A stretch of DNA of 64,000 nt, taken from positions 31,429-95,428 of the forward strand of contig WGLV01000021.1 of the NCBI GenBank assembly GCA_016125385.1. Reading direction: 5' to 3'. Of the stretch, positions 49,504 to 60,214 are shown piece by piece. Under the pieces are notes generated by a model that was not told the DNA's origin, did not search any database, and saw only the letters and a list, made by a program, of their open reading frames with translations. The DNA is from a bacterium. Lineage in GTDB: Bacteria; Hinthialibacterota; Hinthialibacteria; Hinthialibacterales; Hinthialibacteraceae. The position numbers and the translations under genes were made by a program. The first letter of the stretch is position 1; the number at the start of each line of letters is the position of its first letter.

Positions 49504-52500
49504 TTACCGGGCGCGGGCTTCACGCGCGGGGATGCGAATCTCCACATCGCGCATGACCGGCGAGACGAAATCGGCGCCGGTCAGGCCGAACTGAGCCTGA
49601 AACTGGAGATAGTCGCCCTGGCCGCTGATGCGCATTTCACCCTCGGCGCCCTCGGTTTTTTTGGCCCAGGGGAAGTACTGAAGCGAGCCATCAGGCTGTC
49701 TCATCACCCAGCGCCCCCAGAGTTGAAGCGAGGCCGTCTCGGGGATGTCGGCGTCCCACGTGATGACGGCCGGTTTTCCGCCGGAGCCTTCCGCCGGATA
49801 AAGCGGCGAGATGTAGAGCGCGCTGACGGGCGCGCCCGGCGCGCGGATGAAGCGCACATCGGACACGCTGGTTGAATATGGCCCCGGCACGGCTTTGAAA
49901 TCGATGGTGAAATAATCGCTGAGCAGCCGCTGGGCGCCAAGCGAATAAAAACCATCATCGCCGCCGTCTTTGACGTGTTCGATGATTTTGTACTCTTGAT
50001 CGTTGGCGGTTTTCACCGCGATTTTCGCCGATTCGCCTTTGTCATACGCCGAGCTGTACAGCCTGACGGAGGTGTTATACACCCCCTGCGGCGTGGGCAG
50101 GCTGGCCTGAAGGACGGTATCTTTGCCCGTGGGGGTGACGAACAGATTGAAGCGGGTGAACCACATCCATTTGTCGCTGGACGAACTTAACCCAAAAAGG
50201 TCCTGATTGGCGACGAAGGCTGGAGCGACGCGTTGGCGAAACTCCATCACGCCGGGAATCAGCACGAGCCCCTCGAGTTTTTCGTCAAAGGTCAGGAACT
50301 CCATCTCACCGGCGGTGAAGTGGTCCTGATCGGTCACCGAGTAGACCCGTTCACGATTGACGATGGGCGCGGCGGGCATCTGCAGTTTGACGTCGAGCCG
50401 TTTGACCAGCGAGGCGTTATTGTTCTCGCCCGATTCTTCATCCTTTTCAGCGATCAGGTCGTATTTATCCACCTCAATCGAAAGCGTGTTTTTGCTGGAG
50501 ACCAGCGGCGTTTCAAATTCCGTTTCAGCAACGACGTTTCGCGGCACGCGGTCGAAGAAATGGATCAGTTCATTCTGATTCAACATCAGCGAAAGCCGGA
50601 CATAGGTCGCGTCTGAATCGCCCATGTTGCGAGTGCGGGCGTGAATCAGAAGAGGATCGCCCCAGATGGGAATCGGTTTCGGATCGCCCAGTTCCATCGA
50701 ATGATCGAGCCAGGCGTCGACCTGAAGATCGGGCAAACCGGCCAGATTCACCGAAGTGGTGATTCGATTATTGGTCTCGTCGAGCTCTTTGATTCCATCA
50801 TTGGGGTCGACGACGATGGAAATCTGGTTCGCGCCCAATCCGTCGTACGCGTCCGGATCCCAGACCAGTTCGATCTCTTTGCGCTCGCCGGGTTCCAGCC
50901 GGTCGATCACCGAACGCTGCGACTTATGAAACGGGAGCAGGCGTTTTTTCTCAGCCGGATCGCCGAGAAACGCTTCGACGCGCACGTCGTCAGCCGACCC
51001 GTCGCCGACGTTATAAACGTTGGTTTTGAAATAGACCGTATGCCCCACCTCGGGGCGATCGGGCTTAATCACAAGATCGCCCTCGGCCAACGCCAGGTCG
51101 GGCTTGCCCAGAACCTCGAACGCCATCGGGAACTCTTTCGCGTAGCCTCCCTCCGCCGTCACATTCAAAACGTAACTCGCGGTTCCGGCTTCTTCAGGCA
51201 ACTGGACGATAAAGTCAAGCGACTTGTCGACGTTGGGCTCCAGCGTAACGCTCTGTACCGCATCAGCCGCGCCGGGGCCGGTCAACCATGCGTTCAGGCT
51301 GGCGGGTCCGGAATCGCCGGTGTTGACGAACGGCAGACGCATGCGAACCGATGAGCCTTCGATCAGGTCATTCGTGTTAAAACTCACCGCGCCGGTTAAC
51401 GGAGTAACGGGATAATCGGGCTGATCAAGCATGACGCGCAGCGAATCTTTACCCCGGACCGATTTCAACCCGAGGTATGGATCGTCTTCCATCCTGACGA
51501 AAGCAAAGCGAGAGCCTTCGGGGATTTCTCCGCGCCATTCCACGTCAACGGTCGATTCGGCGGGGATATCGGCGATGGAGACGTACTGCGTCTCGCCGGA
51601 ATCGATGCGCAGTTTGCATTCGGCCTGATGAACGGGGAACCGCGTCGGGTTGGCGGCCTGAAATACAACGACGGTTTCACTTCCGTCACGGCTGGCCGCA
51701 CCGCCCGAGATTTCAATTTGCGGTTCATACAGCGGAAGCGTCACCGCGCCCCACGCGTCGGCGCGCCGCGATTCGTTCCAGGCGTACACGCGGATCGCGG
51801 CGGTGGAAGCGTTCAGGTTCGACGCCTGACCGGTGAAGGTATGACGAATGGGCAGCGAATCGAACACGAACGGTTTGCTCTCGTACACGGTTTCGTGACC
51901 GTCCGACATCGAGACGATCGCCATACCGGTCGTGAACGTGATGTCGTCCGCGCTGACGGCGAACTGCTGCTCTTCGTCCGCATAGTAATAAGGTTGATCG
52001 ACGCTGACATTGAGATGCTCTTCGGGTTGATTGATTTCGACCGCCGGATCGCCGAAGAGAATGTACTGATCGACCAGGTCGGTATTGGTGTAGGTCTGCA
52101 TGAACTCGGTTTTGCAGAAAGTAGTGGCTTCGCCGAGCCTCGTGACGCCGTCTTCAAACAGCAGGCGCATGAGGGTATGCGAGAGAATCATGTGCTGGTC
52201 GGTGGTTCCGCCGCCGCTGGGTCCCCACACCGCGATGCCGCCGCGATCGGGATAGCGCATCAGTTCTTCAGACAGGCAGACGTGAAACGGCGGACGATTG
52301 TAATTGAGCAACCCGGTCAGGCACGACCAGCTGAGAATAAAGGGAAAACGATCGTTGGGTTGCAGCTCGAGGACGTTGCTGGTGGGGCGCTCGGTTCCGT
52401 AGAAGATGCGCTCATGCGACCACAACTGGTTTCCGCCGTGGCCAATGTATTGCATCAGCAGCATGCCCTGATTCATGTGATCGAGAATGGAGAGGGTACA

Positions 52501-54936
52501 TTCAGGGCAATATTTTTTATTGGTGTATTCCTTCGCCTCGGGCGAGTCGTCATGCACGAAGCGGTGATACAGATACGGATTGGTGACCTCGGGATACTCG
52601 ATCTGATCGATGAACGCGTTTTCGATAAACGGCGGTACGCTGTCGCGCGCCTGTTCGGCGGCGTAGCGCTCGAACGAGTCGTCGCTGATGAACAGATTGC
52701 GCGCCTTCCAGGGGCCGACGGGCGCGTCGTATTCGTAGGTCAACACCTTCTGGATGTAGTTCGAGACTTCCTGGGGAGTGCGCACCGAGATGCGGCCCAG
52801 GATCACGTCGTAATAATAATCGTCGCCGGCGCCCCACAACATTCCGTAATATTCATCGGAGGCGAAACGCTGAGGATCGTTCAGCGGCGCGTAGGTGGGG
52901 ATCTGGTCGGTCATGCCGCCGCCTTCATTATCGCGGTGATCCCACGATGAGTCGCCGACGAAAACCACGAACTCGGGCGACAATCCCGTCCAGCGCGATT
53001 GAGCGTATTGAAGAAAACGCTTGATGGCGTCGAAGTCGGGGTAGCCATAGTTGAATTCATCGTAGATGTCCTGCACGTCGATCAGCTGAACGGAAAACCC
53101 TTCATCCGCGCGGTGTTGAGCGAGCACGCGCGCGCTCTCAAGCAGTTTGTGATAGGCGATGACGAGGTAGTTCGCCCCCTGATCGGCGCGATGCAGCGAC
53201 GAGGGGTAATCGAGATCGACGGTATACGGCCGCGGAACGCGATCGTCGCGCTCGATGACGAGAAAATCCCAGTCGCCGCCGGGCGCCTGAACGGGTTCGT
53301 CTTTCTGCATGACGGGAAGACGCAGCCATCCTGACAATTGCTCGTCCTTAACGGCGAATACGCTGGCTGAAACGCGCGTCGTCAGGCGAGCCACGCCCAG
53401 CTGAAAGGCGGCGGGCCGGTTCTCACCGCTTTCGACCACGATGGGGGTCTGCAACAGGCTGACCGTGCGCGGGTAATCGACGGTCAATCGATCGAAGAAC
53501 AGGTGAGGAATATCGCCGACTTTATCGCTGCCGCCGGCGGCCAGCTCATCGACGGGTTCGGGCTTTTTGTCGAGCCGAACCGCCAGCGTGGCGTTTTCAG
53601 CCACGCCCGAGGCGGGGACGACGAAGACGGCGGTGGTCGCCTCTTCAGGCCGGGCGTGGAAGTATTTTTTTTCGCCCGCCAGTTCCAGCGTAAAGCCGGG
53701 CAAGTCGCGCATTTTGTTATAGGTGTCGATCTTGATGACGATGTCGCCCTGGGGCGCGATTCCAGTCAGCGCGAGCGGGATGACGGTATCCTGCTCTTTC
53801 ATCTGGATGGCGTACCAGTCAAACGAACGCAGCCCTTTTTTGACGAGAATTTTGTCGCCGCCCTTTTCAAGGCTCGACCGGACGATTTCTTCTCCGCTTT
53901 GCGCGGCCCGCGCCTCCTGGGGTTCGATGCGCAACGGCGGCTCGGGATTGGGCGACCAGGTCAGAAAATACTGGCTGTACTGGGTAAAAGCCGAGTCGGA
54001 AGCCTTGCTGAAAAAATAGACGGCGTCTTTCTGATTCAACACGCCGTCGCCATTCTCATCCTGAACGGCGGCGGGCTGCTGAACGCCGCGCAGCCAGACG
54101 CGCACCTCGTCGAGTTTAACCACAGCGGGGTCGAGCCCCTGCTTTTTAAGATCGATCGGTCTGACCGCCACCACGCCGGCGCCAGACGTCAACACGCGGA
54201 CGCCATCGGTTCGAGGCGCGGGGTCTTTTTCAATCCAACCCGGCGCGGGCGCGTTTTCATCATACTGCAACACGGCCGGAGCGAAGCCCGCCGCCGCGTC
54301 TTCATCAGAAATCGAGCGTTTGCGGCGCAGCCCGGGCGTATCGGCGCCATTGATGCACATCTCGCGGAACAGGCGTGAATAGCCCGCGTCGAGACTGGAT
54401 CGCTGCGATGGAGCGGGCGCGCCGTTTTCCGTCCAACGGACGTCGAACACCACCCAGGCAAGGTTAACCTTGTCTCGCTTGTAGGCCGGCTCGGTGGCCG
54501 AGTTGGGCGCGTCGGACGACGGTTTGACGGATACGTCAAGAATATCGAGTTCCTGAAACTGCTTGCGGGCGGTCTCGATCGCGTCTTTCAGCAATTCGGC
54601 GCCGTCATCGGATGATGCCGGATTGTTTTCTTCTTTTATATACGGAACGGATCGGCCATCACGGCCATCGACCGTAAAATTCCAGCCAACAGCCTGCACT
54701 TCCACCGTCGCGCCAACGGGAACGCCCACGTAAATCGAAGACTCCCGATTGGCGTACGACGGGTCTTCAAGACGAGTATAACGGATCAGCGCGTGGCTCT
54801 CGCTGGAGGCCAGCAGTTCAAATTCTGGTTTGTTGGCGGGTGAAAAATCGTTTTTCGTGCGATAAGCATACGATGTACCGACAAACAGGCAAAAGAGGCT
54901 CAATGTCAGGGCCGCTCGGGTGATCGACAATCTCAT
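49504..54936 (-). CDS. Giant secreted peptidase C25 (gingipain/clostripain-like) family protein, about 1810 aa
   Basis: The signal peptide starts at an internal M (MRLSITRAALTLSLFCLFVGTSYA). The central block YLVIAYHKLLESARVLAQHRADEGFSVQLIDVQDIYDEFNYGYPD...FVVFVGD...YIGHGGNQLWSHE...ILSWSCLTGLL matches the C25 architecture with a His-Gly / Cys dyad. Long beta-rich regions lie on both sides. Confidence 0.55.
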   Translation of the reverse strand: MRLSITRAALTLSLFCLFVGTSYAYRTKNDFSPANKPEFELLASSESHALIRYTRLEDPSYANRESSIYVGVPVGATVEVQAVGWNFTVDGRDGRSVPYIKEENNPASSDDGAELLKDAIETARKQFQELDILDVSVKPSSDAPNSATEPAYKRDKVNLAWVVFDVRWTENGAPAPSQRSSLDAGYSRLFREMCINGADTPGLRRKRSISDEDAAAGFAPAVLQYDENAPAPGWIEKDPAPRTDGVRVLTSGAGVVAVRPIDLKKQGLDPAVVKLDEVRVWLRGVQQPAAVQDENGDGVLNQKDAVYFFSKASDSAFTQYSQYFLTWSPNPEPPLRIEPQEARAAQSGEEIVRSSLEKGGDKILVKKGLRSFDWYAIQMKEQDTVIPLALTGIAPQGDIVIKIDTYNKMRDLPGFTLELAGEKKYFHARPEEATTAVFVVPASGVAENATLAVRLDKKPEPVDELAAGGSDKVGDIPHLFFDRLTVDYPRTVSLLQTPIVVESGENRPAAFQLGVARLTTRVSASVFAVKDEQLSGWLRLPVMQKDEPVQAPGGDWDFLVIERDDRVPRPYTVDLDYPSSLHRADQGANYLVIAYHKLLESARVLAQHRADEGFSVQLIDVQDIYDEFNYGYPDFDAIKRFLQYAQSRWTGLSPEFVVFVGDSSWDHRDNEGGGMTDQIPTYAPLNDPQRFASDEYYGMLWGAGDDYYYDVILGRISVRTPQEVSNYIQKVLTYEYDAPVGPWKARNLFISDDSFERYAAEQARDSVPPFIENAFIDQIEYPEVTNPYLYHRFVHDDSPEAKEYTNKKYCPECTLSILDHMNQGMLLMQYIGHGGNQLWSHERIFYGTERPTSNVLELQPNDRFPFILSWSCLTGLLNYNRPPFHVCLSEELMRYPDRGGIAVWGPSGGGTTDQHMILSHTLMRLLFEDGVTRLGEATTFCKTEFMQTYTNTDLVDQYILFGDPAVEINQPEEHLNVSVDQPYYYADEEQQFAVSADDITFTTGMAIVSMSDGHETVYESKPFVFDSLPIRHTFTGQASNLNASTAAIRVYAWNESRRADAWGAVTLPLYEPQIEISGGAASRDGSETVVVFQAANPTRFPVHQAECKLRIDSGETQYVSIADIPAESTVDVEWRGEIPEGSRFAFVRMEDDPYLGLKSVRGKDSLRVMLDQPDYPVTPLTGAVSFNTNDLIEGSSVRMRLPFVNTGDSGPASLNAWLTGPGAADAVQSVTLEPNVDKSLDFIVQLPEEAGTASYVLNVTAEGGYAKEFPMAFEVLGKPDLALAEGDLVIKPDRPEVGHTVYFKTNVYNVGDGSADDVRVEAFLGDPAEKKRLLPFHKSQRSVIDRLEPGERKEIELVWDPDAYDGLGANQISIVVDPNDGIKELDETNNRITTSVNLAGLPDLQVDAWLDHSMELGDPKPIPIWGDPLLIHARTRNMGDSDATYVRLSLMLNQNELIHFFDRVPRNVVAETEFETPLVSSKNTLSIEVDKYDLIAEKDEESGENNNASLVKRLDVKLQMPAAPIVNRERVYSVTDQDHFTAGEMEFLTFDEKLEGLVLIPGVMEFRQRVAPAFVANQDLFGLSSSSDKWMWFTRFNLFVTPTGKDTVLQASLPTPQGVYNTSVRLYSSAYDKGESAKIAVKTANDQEYKIIEHVKDGGDDGFYSLGAQRLLSDYFTIDFKAVPGPYSTSVSDVRFIRAPGAPVSALYISPLYPAEGSGGKPAVITWDADIPETASLQLWGRWVMRQPDGSLQYFPWAKKTEGAEGEMRISGQGDYLQFQAQFGLTGADFVSPVMRDVEIRIPAREARAR

Positions 54937-55147
54937 TGTTTCGCTTCCAGTCTCCCCTGATTGGTCTTGATTGAGGATTTCAACGTTCTTATTCCGGCGT
55001 GGAACGCCGCGGCGCGTTGAAAACCGCTGGTTGCAGGGTATCAAATCGATTCAAAGATCCGCGAGAGGCCTTCTCCTCCCACAACTGACGTCGCCCTCCC
55101 TTTCGTGAATTCACCGGAGATCGCGGCCCGGTCAGGCATCGTCCCGG

Positions 55148-56221
55148 TCAGGAACAAACGCAATCCGGTTCGCGTTGCATCGCGATGGGTAAAAGCCCTT
55201 CCGTTTCAGGGAATCCCATGCGGACGTTCATATTCTGCACCGCCTGCCCCGCCGCGCCCTTCACCAGATTGTCTTCCGCCGAAGCGAAGATCACCTCGCC
55301 AGTGACGGCGTCTTGATGCAGCGAAATATCGACGAAATTGGAGCCGCGCACGGCATGCAGAGTCGGCGTCTCACCCAAGGGGTATAAACGAACGAACGGC
55401 TCGCCCCGATACGCCTCGTCATATAGCGCCCACAGGTCTTTCAGCGATATCTCTTTCGCTTTCGCCGCGAAGATCGTGTAAAAAATTCCACGCTGCAAGG
55501 GCAGCAGGTGAGGCACGAACGATAGCGAAACCGGTTTTTCGACCGCACGGCGCAGTACGCTGACGATCTCGGGCAGGTGTTGATGTTTGCCGATGCGGTA
55601 CGCGTAAAAATTCTGATCGAGCTCGGGATGATGTAGATTCTGTTTGGGTTTTTTGCCCGCGCCGGTCACGCCTGAAGCCGCGCTGATATGGACGCCCTCG
55701 TGTTTAAGCGCGCCCGATTTGAGCCCCGGATAGAGACTCAGAATCGCGCCAGTAGGGTAACAGCCGGGGTTGGCGATCAGATTCGCGCCTCGCACCTTGC
55801 CGCGAAACAGCTCGGGCAAGCCATACACCGCCTCGGCGCACAACCCGGGCGCGGTGTGTTCGCCTTCATACCAGCCCGTGCGCTCGGCGGGGTCGTTAAA
55901 GCGGAAATCGGCGGAAAGATCGATGGTCACGCATCCGGTTTGATGATACGCCGGGACGATCTCCATCGCCGCTCCATGCGGCGTGCAGACGAACACCACC
56001 TCGGCGCCGCCTTCACCGGGGACCTCTTTCGTCACCGGAACGGGAACCATCCCCCGCAACGCCGGCCAGAAGGTGTGTATCGGCTCGGGGCCGGTCACGC
56101 TCGACGCCGTGATGGCGGTGATTTCAACACGGGGATGATTGAGCAGCAGCGAAATCAGTTCGCCGCCGGAATACCCGGTGGCGCCCACGATTTTGACCTT
56201 GCATCTGGATGCGGCGTTCAT
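55148..56221 (-). CDS. argC: N-acetyl-gamma-glutamyl-phosphate reductase
   Basis: The NAD-binding N-terminus is VKIVGATGYSGGELISLL. A catalytic Cys region is present. The ATG at 56221 is preferred, and the GTG at 56245 is also possible. Confidence 0.85.
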   Translation of the reverse strand: MNAASRCKVKIVGATGYSGGELISLLLNHPRVEITAITASSVTGPEPIHTFWPALRGMVPVPVTKEVPGEGGAEVVFVCTPHGAAMEIVPAYHQTGCVTIDLSADFRFNDPAERTGWYEGEHTAPGLCAEAVYGLPELFRGKVRGANLIANPGCYPTGAILSLYPGLKSGALKHEGVHISAASGVTGAGKKPKQNLHHPELDQNFYAYRIGKHQHLPEIVSVLRRAVEKPVSLSFVPHLLPLQRGIFYTIFAAKAKEISLKDLWALYDEAYRGEPFVRLYPLGETPTLHAVRGSNFVDISLHQDAVTGEVIFASAEDNLVKGAAGQAVQNMNVRMGFPETEGLLPIAMQREPDCVCS

Positions 56222-56471
56222 ATTCGTCGTCTCGTCGTCTTTCACAGAATCACGCGGCTCAGTATACCGAAGCGGATTCAGGCTGTCAAAATTCGCCGGG
56301 GCATGCGGCGGCCGGTGATTCTCTCATTGTCCCCTCAAGAAGCGGAATCGCCAAGCGTTGATGAAGGGGGCTTACCGGAAGAGTGGATTTGCGTCACGCG
56401 CGCGCCTCTGATATCCTCAATGATTCAATGGACCTATTTCGATCCAACCTATCTTCAGGAGAACCGGTATC

Positions 56472-57017
56472 ATGAAACGACTCGCCCTGCTCAGCGCCTT
56501 TCTGATGGTATTCACCACTCTCGCCAAGGCGGCTCCCGATGAATTTTCCAGCAAGACCGTCCTGATCGGCATGATCGTGAGCGACATGGACGCCTCGGTC
56601 AAATTTTATAAGGACGTGGTCGGCTTTACGGAATATGAAGGTTTTTCGGTCGACGCCGATTTTGGCGAACGCTCGGGCCTGACCGATTCGCTGCCGTTGA
56701 CGGTGCGCGTGTTTAAACTCGGGCCCGGCGCCGATGCGACTCAATTGAAACTGATTGAATTTAAAGAAAAAGCCCAGAAGCAGCAAAACGATTTCATCCA
56801 CAGCCATACCGGCGTTCAGTATCTCACCATCCGCGTGACTGAATTGCAGCCGATTCTGGACCGGATCAAGAAGAACAACGTCAAAATGCTGGGCAAAACG
56901 CCGATTGAACTCTCAGGCCGCGATATGTTCGTCTTGATCAAAGACCCCGACGGTACATTCGTTGAGCTGATCGGCCCGTTGACCGCGAAAAAACGGTTTG
57001 ATTCGGTGTTTAAATAG
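56472..57017 (+). CDS. Secreted VOC (glyoxalase/bleomycin-resistance fold) family protein
   Basis: It has a signal peptide. Paired beta-alpha-beta-beta-beta modules are present (LIGMIVSDMDASVKFYKDVVGF and VQYLTIRVTELQPILDRIKK). Confidence 0.55.
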   Translation: MKRLALLSAFLMVFTTLAKAAPDEFSSKTVLIGMIVSDMDASVKFYKDVVGFTEYEGFSVDADFGERSGLTDSLPLTVRVFKLGPGADATQLKLIEFKEKAQKQQNDFIHSHTGVQYLTIRVTELQPILDRIKKNNVKMLGKTPIELSGRDMFVLIKDPDGTFVELIGPLTAKKRFDSVFK

Positions 57018-58020
57018 ACCGTTCCACCGCGCCGAGGCCGGGCCGGTTGGGAAGCGTCAGCCGGCCCGCCTCCATGCGCATTCCCTCGAAGGGGTCATCG
57101 CTCAACAAGGCGGCGCCGTCGAGATCGGCGTAATCAGCCAGCGGAGCCAGTTGGGCGGCGGCTGAAATCGCCAGCGAACTCTCCAGCATACACCCCAGCA
57201 GAACTTTCAACCCGCACGCCCGGGCGCGCTCGATGCAGCGGCGTCCCGGCCCCAGCCCCCCGCATTTGGCCAGTTTGACATTGATTCCATCAGCGCGGCC
57301 CGCCCAGCGCTCGACATCTTCAGGCCCCTGTACCCCTTCGTCCACGAAAAGTGGGATTCCGGTGCGATTGGCTTCGAACAGCCGCGCATATCCATCGAGA
57401 TCGGCGCGCGGCAACGGCTGTTCAAGCAACTCGACGCCCAGGCGCTTGAGTTCGGGCAGGCGGGCAATGGTTTCGTCGAGCGTCCACCCCTCGTTGGCGT
57501 CGATGTAGATCGACTGACTCGATCTCTCACGGATCGCTTCGAGTATCGCCACGTCGTCCACGCCGCCGAGTTTGACTTTAATGATGGGGTATTCGTTAAC
57601 CCGCTCGATTTTTTGCAGCATGACATCCAGAGAATCGAGGCCGATGGTGAACGATGAAAGCGGTACGGCGGTGGAATCGAGCCCCCAGAGTTCATGCAGC
57701 GGCTTTTTTTCGCGCTTGCCCCATGCGTCGTACAGAGCCAGGTCGACCGCCTCAGCCAGCGCGGTTTCGCCCGGATGACGCGCGAGCACCAGGCTCGCCG
57801 CTTCGGCTGGATCGGCGGCGGCGAGGTCCGGCGGCAGCGCACGCGCCAGAGCCAGCATGTCTTCGGCGTTCTGCCCCTTGTAATAGATGGGCGCGCCTTC
57901 GCCAAGGCCTTCTCCACAGCGGATGAACAGATTGCTTACCGCGCGGCGCGTTCCGCGCGACAGCCCGAAGGGGTCGCGGGTGTGGAGTTCACGCAATGTA
58001 CATTCAAACGAAAACGTCAT
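57010..58020 (-). CDS. Enolase-superfamily enzyme, dipeptide (L-Ala-D/L-Glu) epimerase-like
   Basis: It has KVKLGG, DANEGW and C-terminal acid residues with MR/MLE family spacing. Confidence 0.7.
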   Translation of the reverse strand: MTFSFECTLRELHTRDPFGLSRGTRRAVSNLFIRCGEGLGEGAPIYYKGQNAEDMLALARALPPDLAAADPAEAASLVLARHPGETALAEAVDLALYDAWGKREKKPLHELWGLDSTAVPLSSFTIGLDSLDVMLQKIERVNEYPIIKVKLGGVDDVAILEAIRERSSQSIYIDANEGWTLDETIARLPELKRLGVELLEQPLPRADLDGYARLFEANRTGIPLFVDEGVQGPEDVERWAGRADGINVKLAKCGGLGPGRRCIERARACGLKVLLGCMLESSLAISAAAQLAPLADYADLDGAALLSDDPFEGMRMEAGRLTLPNRPGLGAVERSI

Positions 58021-58084
58021 GAGGGGATTCCCTGATTGGATAGGGATGTTTTTTCAGACCGATCAGAATCAGAAAAGGCGTTTA

Positions 58085-58265
58085 ACAGCAGGGGCGGGTA
58101 TAAACCCGCCCCTGTTAATCTTTGAACTTCCCCCGTTTTGGGGGAGGAAACCCCTTTTGATCCCGCCTGCGTCGGCGACCAACGGGAGCGCTTGATGCGT
58201 ACAACCCAAAACCGGGCGGCGGGCACTGCCCGCCCAACGGGCGCGCTTGAAGCGCACAACCTGAA
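58085..58265. repeat. Another copy of the composite multi-hairpin repeat (hairpin A, hairpin B, then an R-unit with a hairpin C variant)
   Basis: Hairpin A, with an ataa loop, lies at about 58091..58112. Hairpin B (TTCCCCCG-ttt-TGGGGGAG) lies at 58127..58147. An R-unit (caacgggagcgcttgatgcgtacaacccaaaaccgggc) lies at 58180..58215. The hairpin C variant GGCGGGCA-c-TGCCCGCC lies at 58218..58234. It sits downstream of the transketolase gene. Confidence 0.75.
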
Positions 58266-58267
58266 TA

Positions 58268-59206
58268 CTAGCCCTGGGCGTTGGCCACGAATTGCTCGGC
58301 GGTTTCGGCGATGCCTTCGGCGTCGATCTTGTGGGCGCGGTACATATCTTCCGGCGTGCCCGATTCGCCGAACACGTCGAGAACGCCCCAGCGCTTGAGT
58401 TTGGCGGGCGCCCCCTCGGCGATGACCTCGGCCACGGCTGAACCCAGGCCGCCGATGATGCTGTGATCTTCCACCGTCATGAGCAGGCCGGTTTCGCGCG
58501 CGCATTTCGCGATGAGCTCGGCGTCGAACGGCTTGATGGTGTGGATGTTCACCACGCGGGCGTCGACGCCGCGCGCGGCGAGCAAGCCTTTCGCCTTGAG
58601 CGCGTGCGCCACGGTGCCGCCGGTGGCGATCAGCGTCAGGCCGGAGCCATCAGCCAGCGTAACGCCCTTGCCGACTTGAAACTCGTACGATGAATCGTTG
58701 ACGTCATCGAGTTTCTGGCGGGTAAGGCGAAGATAAACCGGGCCCTGATGTTCGGCGGCGAATTTCACCGCCTGGCGGGTTTCGATATCGTCGGCGGGCT
58801 GGATCACCACCATGCCGGGGAGAGAACGCATCAGCCCGAGGTCTTCGAGGCCCATCTGGCTGTGGCCGTCTTCACCGATGCCCACGCCGGCGTGCGTTCC
58901 GACGATCTTCACATTGGCGCGCGAATACGCGATGGAAATGCGGATGGTATCAAAGCGCCCCGAGATAAAGCAGGCGAAACTGCACACAAAAGGAACCTTG
59001 CCGGTCAACGCCATGCCCGCGCCCGCGCCCAGCATATTGGCTTCAGAGATGCCGAACTCAAAAAAGCGCTCGGGAAATTTTTCAGCGAAGTGACACGACA
59101 TCGTCGATTTGCTGAGGTCGGCGTCACACACCACGATGTTGGGATGACTCTCGCCCAGTTCAGCCAGCGCGAGTCCGAAGGATTGTCTTGATGCCACACT
59201 TGCCAT
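58268..59206 (-). CDS. Transketolase, C-terminal (pyrimidine-binding) subunit
   Basis: The protein is 312 aa and typical of a split transketolase B subunit (GEDGHSQ, pyrimidine-binding domain). Confidence 0.85.
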   Translation of the reverse strand: MASVASRQSFGLALAELGESHPNIVVCDADLSKSTMSCHFAEKFPERFFEFGISEANMLGAGAGMALTGKVPFVCSFACFISGRFDTIRISIAYSRANVKIVGTHAGVGIGEDGHSQMGLEDLGLMRSLPGMVVIQPADDIETRQAVKFAAEHQGPVYLRLTRQKLDDVNDSSYEFQVGKGVTLADGSGLTLIATGGTVAHALKAKGLLAARGVDARVVNIHTIKPFDAELIAKCARETGLLMTVEDHSIIGGLGSAVAEVIAEGAPAKLKRWGVLDVFGESGTPEDMYRAHKIDAEGIAETAEQFVANAQG

Positions 59207-59239
59207 GATCTCGTTCCCGTTCGATAAATTGGTTTGGTT

Positions 59240-60073
59240 TTACGCCGCCGACAATTCTTTAACCGCCGCCTCACACTGCTCGGCGGTCGGCGCTTTGCCG
59301 TGCCAGGTGTAATTGTTAGCCATAAACGAAACGCCCTGCCCCTTGATGGTTTTGGCCCAGATCAGGGTGGGGCGGCCTTTGGTCTGTTTCGCTTCGTCAA
59401 ACGCCGCCAGAATCTGCTCCATGTCATGGCCGTTGATGGCGATGACATGCCAGTTAAACGAGCGCCACTTGGCGTCGATGGGGTCGAGCGGCATAACCTC
59501 GTTAACGTAGCCGTCGATCTGGCCGTTGTTATTATCGAGCACGACCGTCAGGTTATCGACGCCGAATTTTCCAGCGGCGAGGGCGGCCTCCCAGATCTGG
59601 CCTTCCTGCGATTCGCCGTCGCCGATAGCGCAATAGACCCGCCAGTCCGCGTTGTCCATCTTGCCGGCCATCGCCATGCCCAGCGCGATCGACATGCCCT
59701 GCCCAAGCGAACCCGAGGCGGCCTCAATGCAATCGAGCTTGGCGCAATCGGGGTGTCCCTGCAGACGCGATCCGAATTCCCGCAGCGTCATCAGTTCTTC
59801 TTCAGGAAAATAACCCGCCTGCGCCAGCGCCGAATACCACGCCGGGACGCAATGGCCCTTCGACATGATGAAGCGGTCGCGATCGGCCCATCGCGGGGTG
59901 CGAGGATCATGGCGCATCACGCCGAACATCAGGGCGGAGCAGATATCCGCGATGGAGAGCGAGCCGCCGGGATGCCCCGATTTGGCCTTGGCGATCATCT
60001 TCAAACTATGAATTCGGATCTGGTTGGCGTGCTTTTTAAGCACATCGATGTCACGCGTGAGTGGATACGCCAT
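59240..60073 (-). CDS. Transketolase, N-terminal (TPP-binding) subunit
   Basis: GHPGGSLS and GDGE are the TPP-binding motifs. It lies directly upstream of the C-terminal subunit gene. Confidence 0.85.
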   Translation of the reverse strand: MAYPLTRDIDVLKKHANQIRIHSLKMIAKAKSGHPGGSLSIADICSALMFGVMRHDPRTPRWADRDRFIMSKGHCVPAWYSALAQAGYFPEEELMTLREFGSRLQGHPDCAKLDCIEAASGSLGQGMSIALGMAMAGKMDNADWRVYCAIGDGESQEGQIWEAALAAGKFGVDNLTVVLDNNNGQIDGYVNEVMPLDPIDAKWRSFNWHVIAINGHDMEQILAAFDEAKQTKGRPTLIWAKTIKGQGVSFMANNYTWHGKAPTAEQCEAAVKELSAA

Positions 60074-60214
60074 GATGAACCCTTCGTCTGAGTTTTTTCT
60101 TTTACGAATAAATGGAACGCTCAGTATAGTTTTTCCAGCCTGAAAATAAAACGTCCACAGTGTTCAGGCCACGTTAGAAACGTCCCGCAAGAATATTTTT
60201 CAGCCGGACCAACC

